The notes under the pieces were generated by a model. The model saw only the letters and a program-made list of their open reading frames with translations. It ran no database searches and was not told the origin of the DNA. 64,000 bases of DNA from Nitrospiraceae bacterium (GTDB taxonomy: Bacteria; Nitrospirota; Nitrospiria; Nitrospirales; Nitrospiraceae): NCBI GenBank assembly GCA_050246315.1, contig JBFWWG010000002.1, positions 396,811-460,810 on the forward strand, written 5' to 3'. Shown here one piece after another: positions 28,953 to 36,900 of this stretch (position 1 is the first letter of the stretch; each line of letters begins with the position of its first letter). The position numbers and the translations under genes are program-made.

Positions 28953-29297
28953 TCACGACTGCCACATAGGCAGACCGAGCCTACAAAAGAGTGACTTCAC
29001 GTGCGCCTTGATCGCACACTTGGCAGTGTGCACCAGAAAGAAGCCACGCCCGATGAAGGCGTTTACGGTCGGGCATGGTCTGCCCAACTGCCTAAGGACG
29101 TCAAATAGGCCGCGGCGCAAGTTATCAGACGGATCCGTGTAGAAGTGACGACCGTTCTCTGGTGGCGCGACACCAACGAACAGAACACGAACGGGATCTG
29201 GTGACTCGATGCCCAGTGGGTACAAGGGGCCAGGCGGACATTCGACGTCGACTCCAGGGAGGACTGCGCCGCAGCGGGCACAGCTTATCACGTCCAT
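28953..29297 (-). pseudogene. Truncated uracil-DNA-glycosylase-superfamily cassette gene
   Basis: RVLFVGVAPP...HFY and FFLVHTAKC match the N-terminal half of UDG family 4/5-like folds; only 114 aa. Confidence 0.55.
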
Positions 29298-29353
29298 CTG
29301 AATCTGCGCTCAGCAATCCCTCACTGCTCCCACCTGACCCGGCCCTGTTGTGT

Positions 29354-29411
29354 GCCGAACGCGCAGGATTACCCGCGGCCGTAGGCCGTCGGGTGAATCC
29401 TGTAGTTAGCA
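29354..29411 (-). repeat. attC: attC site (58 bp)
   Basis: GCCGAAC...CAGGATTACCCG.GGCCGTAGGCCGTCGGGTGAATCCTG...GTTAGCA. Confidence 0.9.
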
Positions 29412-29437
29412 AGCCGTCCGGTGTTCGTGCGCATCTG

Positions 29438-30016
29438 TCACGGCAGGTCCTGAACTCGGACCGAGAAATCCATGCTGATGCCGTCGAGGCAATCGCCGAT
29501 TAACGCGACCGTTGCGCCGAGTGCCTTGAGACCAATAACCAGGTGGTCAAAGATGGGGCGCCCGTTGCGATCACGGCCGTAGCGAAAGCTCTCCGAGTTT
29601 GGATCGAGCTGGCAGAGATCGTTGACGCACTCTGCGATTGTGACGAATTGCGCGGGCAACGAAGCTCCGTAGAGCGAGCCGCACAGCTGATGGACCTCCG
29701 TCCAGAGTCGGTCAAGATCGTGTCCGTGTCGCCATTCGGCTCGTTGACCCGATAGCACCAGCCCGTAGACGATGATGTCCTTGAAGCGCAGTTCAAGATA
29801 GTGCCGAAAGAGGAAGAGTATCGGAAGTACGACACTGTCTCGTTCGCCTGCGGTTCCCTCCGGGTCCGCTAGCAATCGCCGGAGCAGTATTTCTGCCGCC
29901 TGCCGATACCCGGCTGCGTGAAAGTCGCCGACCCCTGTCCAGTGGTCGAGCACCGCATTGAACCTGATATCATGATCCGCGGTCAGAACTCGAAGTGGAT
30001 TCGAACTCGCCATCAC
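29438..30016 (-). CDS. Cassette protein, HEPN-like
   Basis: LFRHYLELRFK, HGHDLDRLW, FRYG resemble HEPN helical motifs. Confidence 0.65.
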   Translation of the reverse strand: MMASSNPLRVLTADHDIRFNAVLDHWTGVGDFHAAGYRQAAEILLRRLLADPEGTAGERDSVVLPILFLFRHYLELRFKDIIVYGLVLSGQRAEWRHGHDLDRLWTEVHQLCGSLYGASLPAQFVTIAECVNDLCQLDPNSESFRYGRDRNGRPIFDHLVIGLKALGATVALIGDCLDGISMDFSVRVQDLP

Positions 30017-30060
30017 CTACCACCCAGAAGCGCGGTCATCCTGGCACAGATGTTCTGTCT

Positions 30061-30126
30061 TGCTAACGAACGAGGTAACCGGCTCGGCCGCTTGCTGCCG
30101 AGTCCGAGTTGAGCGATTGGTTAGGC
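30061..30126 (-). repeat. attC: attC site (66 bp)
   Basis: TGCTAAC...CTCGGC/GCCGAG...GTTAGGC. Confidence 0.88.
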
Positions 30127-30142
30127 AACGCGGGCACCTGTG

Positions 30143-30607
30143 TTAAGACATGAACAACGAATCGACTGCCAATAGTAATTGGTGCGCATTGTCGGCTTCA
30201 TCTTGTGCTGTCTTGATCTCACCGGTATCGAAGTGAGCCTTTTCATGCATCAACTCCTTTCGGCATTTCCGAAATTTCTCAGCAGCATCAAGAACCCTCT
30301 GATCTGAGCAACCAAGTAAACGCATTTTGTCTGCATAAGATTTGAAATCGAATTCCTTGAATTTCTCTATCCCGTGATCGCGAACAATCAAAAGATGAAG
30401 CAGTGCTTCAAGCCACATCCCTGTGAATACGATGGCGATCATGGCCTTCTTGAAGCTCCTTCGCTCTGGATCAAAGGTGATAATCCAGCCCGGGCTTCCA
30501 TCATCCTTCGGTCTTCGTCCGGAGTTGATGTGTTCATGCATTTCCTTGTGTGCATCAAGTGCAATGGCTTTGTAAGTGGCAACATTGGTGATGACGAATT
30601 TGTTCAT
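30143..30607 (-). CDS. Cassette protein with HEPN RxxxxH motif
   Basis: AIVFTGMWLEALL and RKELMH; AT-richer than the backbone. Confidence 0.7.
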   Translation of the reverse strand: MNKFVITNVATYKAIALDAHKEMHEHINSGRRPKDDGSPGWIITFDPERRSFKKAMIAIVFTGMWLEALLHLLIVRDHGIEKFKEFDFKSYADKMRLLGCSDQRVLDAAEKFRKCRKELMHEKAHFDTGEIKTAQDEADNAHQLLLAVDSLFMS

Positions 30608-30613
30608 GGCGTT

Positions 30614-30688
30614 GTCTAACGTCGGCGTCGAGCGGCGCCGTGAAGCGCGCGGCGCTGAACCGCGTCCGTCTCGAACGCGGGGTTAGGC
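30614..30688 (-). repeat. attC: attC site (75 bp)
   Basis: GTCTAAC...GCGTCGAG/CTCGAACGC...GTTAGGC. Confidence 0.9.
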
Positions 30689-30692
30689 GGCA

Positions 30693-31292
30693 TCATTTGT
30701 CGACGCGGAGGTTCTTCTCAAGCAGGTTGAGCAACTCCTCCAGTGGCGCACCATATTCTTTTTCCACTAGCATCTGAAGATTAGCGACGGCCTGCTCTTT
30801 CCACGCCGCAACTGCTGTTGGGTCATTCGGTCGTGATGGCGAAGCAATCTTCGGCGATTTGAAGTGGTATATGGCTTGGGTAAGCCGATCCAGTTCTGGC
30901 GAGGGCGAAAAAACTGCCCTCGCGAGGCCGATGGATTCATAGAGCGACTGGCGGGTGCGCGCAACTTCCAGGGCAAGATCCTCGCTCTTGTGCATCCACC
31001 GCGTAGCTTCGGTGAAATCGATGGACTCTTTTGGCCGGCCTGCGATTTTCCACAAGTACTCGTGGTAGTCGGAGTGGATGTACGCCTCAAAGCGAGAAAC
31101 GAGTAGTTGCATAAGCAAGACTCTCTTGCCCATGATCTCAGCGTATGCGCGCTGCCGGTCCTGCTGCTGCGCCAGTTTGACCTGATTACGCAACGCAAAA
31201 TGCGACGTAGTGAATGAGCCCACAATCGCCCCAATGATTGCGAAAACTCCCGCAATCAGAGCGACGTAGAGAGGTAAGAACTTAGTATCCAC
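30693..31292 (-). CDS. Cassette protein, N-terminal TM helix plus helical domain
   Basis: Hydrophobic LYVALIAGVFAIIGAIVG; bounded by attC sites. Confidence 0.8.
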   Translation of the reverse strand: MDTKFLPLYVALIAGVFAIIGAIVGSFTTSHFALRNQVKLAQQQDRQRAYAEIMGKRVLLMQLLVSRFEAYIHSDYHEYLWKIAGRPKESIDFTEATRWMHKSEDLALEVARTRQSLYESIGLARAVFSPSPELDRLTQAIYHFKSPKIASPSRPNDPTAVAAWKEQAVANLQMLVEKEYGAPLEELLNLLEKNLRVDK

Positions 31293-31314
31293 TCATCCGC
31301 CCGAGGTTAATGCC

Positions 31315-31410
31315 GCCTAACGCCGCGCTTCACCGGCGCCGAGCGAGCGTGAGCGAGCGAGGGAACAGCCGCCGGAAGGCTGCTGCGTCCGGTGGAAGCG
31401 CCGGTTAGGC
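31315..31410 (-). repeat. attC: attC site (96 bp)
   Basis: GCCTAAC..GCGCTTCACCGG...CCGGTGGAAGCGC..GTTAGGC. Confidence 0.92.
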
Positions 31411-31414
31411 GCAC

Positions 31415-31837
31415 TCATGTTGACGGCCGCTTGGCAACCGAGGAGAGCATCCTTTTAAGTTCGCGGTGGATGACCTTGGCACATTCATCGTACTCCGCGA
31501 GATCGTCACCGTACGGATCATTGATTCGCCACTTCTTCAATCGCTCGCTCGGCAGAGCCGGGAACAGCTCGTGCAGCGTTCTTGCGACCTGGTTGTCCAT
31601 AGTGACGATCAAGTCGAACTCTGCGATGTTCACGCCTCTGACGTCGCGTGGCTTGTGTGCGCGGGCATCGATCCCGTGCTGTCTCAGGGTGTATATAGCG
31701 TTGCTTGAGTCCTCAACTGAACCCGGCTGGACTCCGGCTGATTCTGCATCAATCTGCCCTCGAAACCTCCCGCGCGAGATGTACTCGGCAAGGACACTTC
31801 GGCACGTGTTCCCGGTGCACACAAAGAGAACGCGCAT
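31415..31837 (-). CDS. Low-molecular-weight phosphatase/ArsC-family cassette protein
   Basis: VLFVCTGNTCRS P-loop, ESAG, FDLIVTMD, W.I.DPYG. Confidence 0.9.
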   Translation of the reverse strand: MRVLFVCTGNTCRSVLAEYISRGRFRGQIDAESAGVQPGSVEDSSNAIYTLRQHGIDARAHKPRDVRGVNIAEFDLIVTMDNQVARTLHELFPALPSERLKKWRINDPYGDDLAEYDECAKVIHRELKRMLSSVAKRPST

Positions 31838-31845
31838 TTCAGTGC

Positions 31846-31909
31846 GCCTAATGTTCCGGTTCAGCGGCGGGCCACGCCGCGCACCGCCCGCTGCAACCGG
31901 TTGTTAGGC
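31846..31909 (-). repeat. attC: attC site (64 bp), R' reads ATTAGGC instead of GTTAGGC
   Basis: GCCTAAT...CCGGTTCAGCGG/CCGCTGCAACCGG...GTTAGGC; upstream ORF stop TAA lies within R''. Confidence 0.85.
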
Positions 31910-32710
31910 GCTTCCCTCAAGAAGCTGGTGCGAGATTCCCTTCGCGACCTCCCAAAAGAGTCGTGCATCGTGGTCGCTAATGTTAACGCCATGGGTCAGT
32001 TCCTTGTGCGGATGAATGTAGTTTCGATAGTCTCGGACGACTTCGCCGAGGTCCTTTGCGGACGATGAGATCCAACGCAGCTCATGCGCGACATCGATGT
32101 AGTTACGCAGCGTCCACTCCTGGAGCATCAGTGGCTTTCCCGTCTTGCTATCGCGGGGCGCCGACGAAGCCCCAAATACGGCAGACTTGTCGCCAAGGCG
32201 ATGGACCCGGGCAAGGAGAAGAGCTTCCAAGAGGCCGCCCATCATCACTGTCGCGGCAAGTGGCGCGCCGGCCGTGACGCATCTCGTGCACTCCTCCCAA
32301 CGACGGGCGAGGACCTTTCGCATTGCCGGATCAGCCACCAAGGAATCGAAGCTTGGTGGACTGTCCGCAGTCGGCTTGGTAGCGGGTGAGGGTGCAACTA
32401 CGGCTGACCGCAGCTCAGAGAGCAGAGTGCGAAGTTCCTTCAGCCAAGCATCGTATGTGCTCCTGGCCGTGGCCCGATCTGCTGCCCCGAGAATCGTCTT
32501 GTACAGTTTGTCAGTGCCCTCCAGAAGGTCATCACCGACGACCTGCCGAACCTCAGACCTATGATTGTTGAACCACGTAAGGCAGGTCGCCCGAATCACG
32601 TCCTTGTCATCCGCTGATTGAACTTGTCTGGACTGTCCCCTCTTCAGAAGACGACGAAGGCGATCGATCTCGCGCATCGCATCGCCGATCGCATCATTTG
32701 CGCTGGGCAT
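31904..32710 (-). CDS. Cassette protein with C-terminal HEPN-like (DUF4145-like) domain
   Basis: AATVMMGGLLEALL, WTL..YI..A.E, RDYRNYIHP; start moved to ATG 32710. Confidence 0.75.
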   Translation of the reverse strand: MPSANDAIGDAMREIDRLRRLLKRGQSRQVQSADDKDVIRATCLTWFNNHRSEVRQVVGDDLLEGTDKLYKTILGAADRATARSTYDAWLKELRTLLSELRSAVVAPSPATKPTADSPPSFDSLVADPAMRKVLARRWEECTRCVTAGAPLAATVMMGGLLEALLLARVHRLGDKSAVFGASSAPRDSKTGKPLMLQEWTLRNYIDVAHELRWISSSAKDLGEVVRDYRNYIHPHKELTHGVNISDHDARLFWEVAKGISHQLLEGSA

Positions 32711-32717
32711 CGGGCGC

Positions 32718-33305
32718 TCATTTCCTGCGCGTACGCTTCGCAGCGCGCGTGTCGCGACTCCCGCCCTTCCTCCGCGGGCGCGCTGTACGTCTGGGCACAT
32801 CTGCGGCCGTGGCGTTTCCCGGCAAGCTCACAGCGACGAGGTTCTCGCCAACCGTGCTGATGACGTACTCCCCGCGATTGGTGCCTTTATCCAGCAACCC
32901 ATTGGTATGTGCGTTTATCAGGGTCTGCGCGGGCCTCGGCAACCGGTTCCGCCCTGTAAGACGACACGCCTCCTGGAGATCCTCGGCGGTGATGAACTCC
33001 TTCCTTGTGGCGGGGGATGCGACGAAGCGATAGTAATGAGCCACCGTTGCAGCGAACTGATTGTCGCTGGTCGGGTTCTTCTCGGCTACGAAGGTTCTGA
33101 TGTCCTTCGCCCCACCCGTGCCCTCTCCTCCGGTGGGGGAGCCCGCTTGCGGCCCTCGTATCCCCGCTGGAGCCGGACCTTGCACCGACAGCCCAAGCTT
33201 CTCGCAAGCCCACCGGATGATTCGTTCCTGCTCTCCCGCATCGAAAGGAGATAGAACTTCAACGAGTTTCCGCACGGCTTCAAGGTCATCCGGCTTTTCC
33301 GTCAC
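32718..33305 (-). CDS. Cassette protein, probable winged-helix domain; first gene of a two-gene cassette
   Basis: GGAGGAGG RBS and GTG start; IT..DL.EA...P.QTL.NA...GLL....GEY.I...GEN pattern. Confidence 0.7.
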   Translation of the reverse strand: MTEKPDDLEAVRKLVEVLSPFDAGEQERIIRWACEKLGLSVQGPAPAGIRGPQAGSPTGGEGTGGAKDIRTFVAEKNPTSDNQFAATVAHYYRFVASPATRKEFITAEDLQEACRLTGRNRLPRPAQTLINAHTNGLLDKGTNRGEYVISTVGENLVAVSLPGNATAADVPRRTARPRRKGGSRDTRAAKRTRRK

Positions 33306-33333
33306 GGCGTCCTCCTCCTGACGTGATGAATGC

Positions 33334-33395
33334 GCCTAACTAATAAGTCTGCTGCGGCCTACCCGTGCAGCATAGCGCGGCAGCCTAAGCACTGC
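33334..33395 (-). other. attI: attI-like primary recombination site
   Basis: ...GACTTATTA-GTTAGGC at the array head with no partner R'' box, so not an attC. Confidence 0.6.
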
Positions 33396-33406
33396 ACTTG
33401 AAGGCA

Positions 33407-33436
33407 AGTCTACTTGTAAATCCAATACTTATTCAA
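33407..33436 (-). promoter_or_regulatory. Pc-like cassette promoter TTGAAT-N18-TAGACT
   Basis: Hexamers about 65 nt upstream of the attI-like crossover, pointing into the array. Confidence 0.45.
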
Positions 33437-33621
33437 TATTTCGTCGTGCTTCGCGTACTGGGATATACTGCGACTTCCGCAGTCTATCCGGCTATCGGCC
33501 CGCAGTATATCCACCTCCGACCAGTCGGAGCCTGACACGGTCAGCGGGGCTCCAGTACCATGGGTGTGAAACGCGTTCAATACTCACAACAACTGGCAAC
33601 AGTCATCACATCGAGGGAACG

Positions 33622-33852
33622 CTAATCATCATCGCAGAAAACGTTTTCTCCTCTGCCATAGGTGTTACCATGCACATCGATGATATCATCGAGCATCGGG
33701 TAACCAGTTCCAGGATTAATCTCATTCCCGCTGGACTCAGGATCGGGATCCAACAGATCCAACTCATCTACTCGTTGAGATGGCCCCCATCCAAGGCCGT
33801 GCCACCAGTTCTCCAGCTGCTGCCACAAGACCGCTAATCGGGTCCCCATCAT
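33622..33852 (-). CDS. Small protein downstream of traG, candidate entry-exclusion factor
   Basis: Position after traG; INPGTGYPM...DVHGNTYG motif; function inferred from context. Confidence 0.45.
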   Translation of the reverse strand: MMGTRLAVLWQQLENWWHGLGWGPSQRVDELDLLDPDPESSGNEINPGTGYPMLDDIIDVHGNTYGRGENVFCDDD

Positions 33853-33992
33853 AATGAGTGCACCTAGACCTTCTCAGGGCAAGAGTTTACTTGACTTGAC
33901 GAGGAGTCGCTATCTCCCGCTGCCGTCGGAGTGACAACCAATAGTGTTCCGATACCGCGACACACATCAAGGCCAATCTTCTGGCGAGGGGG

Positions 33993-36900
33993 TCACGGTT
34001 GCGGATTTCTACCCGAGCCTTTAGGCCCACTAATGTCGATCCCGCTTTTCTTGAGTGCATGAGTAAGATCCTGCTCGAACCTTTGGAGATCCTCCATCCT
34101 CTGCGGCGAAGCACCGGGCCCGGGCGTCCTGGCCAACCGATCACTGGGATTTCCTCCAGGAAGTGGTCCTCCTTTGAGACCCGCGGCACCGGTTCCGCCT
34201 CCGAAGGCTCCGCCCAGTCGCCGACCCGTCATGGCCAAATTACCCGCACCCGTTACAATGTCAACGGCGGTTTTGCCAGCTCCGATCGCTCTTAATGTCT
34301 GCTTCGCCCCACTGTCTTCGTTGGTGAGTTCTTTCGGATCCCAGTGCCCAAACACAGGATACTCGGCACCGATGTTCACCCGTCGGTGGAGTTCCTGCCT
34401 GTACACATCCCATTCGATCACCTGTATGCCGCTATCCCCCTTCTCATAGAGCAGCTTTCCATCAGGCCCAATAACCTGGGTTGAGGCCAAGCCGCTCGTT
34501 TCGACCTCGTTCGTGGAAAGCGAACGGAAATTCGTCACCCCCGGACCACCATATGTGGGCTGAGCGGTCTCGGCCACGCCCCATTGTGCTTTTCCATCGA
34601 CCACCCTGTAGTTCCACGTCTTCCCATACTGGCCGCTCTGGAATTCGGCGTAAACCACGCTGCCTTGCTCATCCATGAAGCCACGCATCTGCACGGGATG
34701 GTGCTGCCCTTGATGGACTGGATCGGGGATCCACTTGGTCCCGCTGAACATGCGCGTGTTATGCAGTTCGGAGAGTGTCCCACCTTGCGTCCGATGGAAT
34801 TGCTCGAACCGCTCAACGAAACGTCCGCCTGTTTCATGGGTGTAGTCATGGAACAGGTCAGTCTTCCTCCCTCCCGTTCCAATGTCTGACAGGATTTCTC
34901 TCGTCCCATCCCCTGATTGCGGCCCGAGCGTCAAGGTCCGAGCAGTCCCATCCGCACCGATCTGTTCTGTGGAGAGCGTCGTGTAGGTCGCGACGGAGGC
35001 ATGCGAATCGGGATCTTGATGCATGTCGATAAAGCCGGTCTCATATTCTTTCGTCAGCGGATTCTGCTTCATCACGAACGCCTGGCTCCGCAGATCGTTG
35101 ACCACGCTTCCCTCAAGGAGACTCCCCTCCTTATCGAATAGCCCGAAGAAATGCCCCTTGTGGGTCTGCCCGGTCGTCCCGTCCTTCCACTCGATCGGCT
35201 TATCCTTGAGGTATTGCTCCTTTTCCTGCCATCCCATGACGCTTGACACATAATCCCAGAGTTCCGTCTTTCTGCCCCCCTCAGCATGGCTGAAGATTGC
35301 TTCTCCCGTCTGGTTGCTCTTCACGCCCCGGACGGCAACCTCCTGCCCGCCATACTGGTCAAGCGTCAGGAATTCCACCCCTTCCCTGCTCTGCCCGGCA
35401 GCGATGTGAAAATCTCCCTGGTGGTCGTAATTGCCGGTCAAGGATTTCGTCACCCCTCCGGGAATCGAGTAGGACAGACTCACCGAGGTGGGCTCGCGCC
35501 GCTCTTGCCCGTCCGGAAGCTGGATCACGTTCCCTTCCTCGTGTGTCGCCACTTGCCTGGTCACCGCCTCATTTTCAGGAAGAAGGCCGATGACCCTCTG
35601 GAGCCTCACGCCATCCCCCGTGTAGCTCTTGCCGCCGTTGTCGCCGGTCTTATAGACATACTCCATCCCCGCATCGACGAAGCGATCCTTGTTGCTCCGC
35701 TCCGTGCCACCCGCCGTCGCCTGGAGAACCCTCGTTCCCTCTGCATCGACATGGATCTCCCCTGAATAGGCAGCCTTGCGGTCGCCCTTCGTGCTTTCGA
35801 TTTCATAGGTGAGGGGATTGTGCTGGAACTTCCCATCCGGTCGCAGGTTGACGCGGCCGAATTCCCTTGCCCTGCCTTGAATCGTCTCCATCTCCCCGTC
35901 CAGCTTCCGAACGCCAATGCTCTCCGCCGCATCACGAGTATAAAAGGTGTCGCCTTCCACGCTGTGGTAGTAGCGGAGATTGGCATCACCTCTCAGCACC
36001 TCCCCGACCACGCCCTCTTTATAGCCGCCCTGCGAGACGGCGAAGACCGAGATCCCGTTGATCTTCTGTCCGGTGAGTCGTCCCTTGTATTCGCGGGTCG
36101 GGCCGTCGCCGGAGGTCACCAGCTGCCCTTCGCCCCAGAAGTCCTCGTGGCCGAGGCGCAGACCTGACCGTGAGAGGGTGCCGGTGACCGGTTCCTGCCG
36201 GCCATCGGGATGGACCGCCCAGGCCATGACCGGACCCGTTTCGCTGACCTGTTGCGGCCCCCATTGCGTGCTCGTCTCGACCCGGCTCACGCCATCCTTG
36301 ATCGAGGCATCCACGCGGCGGACGGTTTTTCCCGTTTCCTGGTTATACTCTTCCCGGACCGAGTGGAAGACGCCATCCTGCTCGTAGCTGAAACTCTTGT
36401 CGATCGTGGCCCCGCGGACTTCGAACTGTTTCTGCACCATCCGGCCGGCCGCATGATCGAACTCTTCGCGACGGAAGGCCCCACTGTCATACCAACCTCC
36501 GGTGGGCGATTTCTCGTTCGCTCGCCGCGAGAACCCTCCCGTCGGCCCTTGGTACGTGACCATGCCGTTCGCCCCGATGCGGGTCGTCCCGCCATCAGCG
36601 TGATGCAGGGTGGACACCCCAGTTTGCGCATCGACGCGAAGGCCGCCGATGCCGACCGGTACCGTATAGCTCTCTTGCGATCCCGGACGAGCTGCGGTCC
36701 CCATCCGAACCGGCTCCATCACATAGGACGACGCTTCCGACATGACCTGCCCCTGACCACGAGCGAACTGCCCTGCTTCCTGGCTGGCGGTAGACAGGGG
36801 AGCGGAGAGACTCCCGGTGAGCGAAGATGCGAGATTCCCTCCCGCCCACACCAGGCCCCAGGACACAGCCGGCACCGCCAGCGTCAGATCTGCCGCCATG

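Larger units (their letters stand above)
28877..33340 (-). mobile_element. Integron gene-cassette array without integrase (CALIN-like, with attI-like site); 6 cassettes
   Basis: Co-oriented promoterless ORFs separated by RYYYAAC...GTTRRRY palindromes; each cassette start is complementary to its own R'' end. Confidence 0.9.

Noticed and set aside
31415..31837. Arsenate reductase arsC call
   Set aside because: No ars operon and the resolving cysteines are not evident; kept as a generic LMW phosphatase family member.
33450..33520. LexA box near the cassette promoter
   Set aside because: No clean CTG-N10-CAG match, and the host's SOS box is unknown.
33341..33990. Integron integrase (intI) expected next to the attI-like site
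   Set aside because: No tyrosine-recombinase ORF or remnant is visible, and the space to traG is too short.
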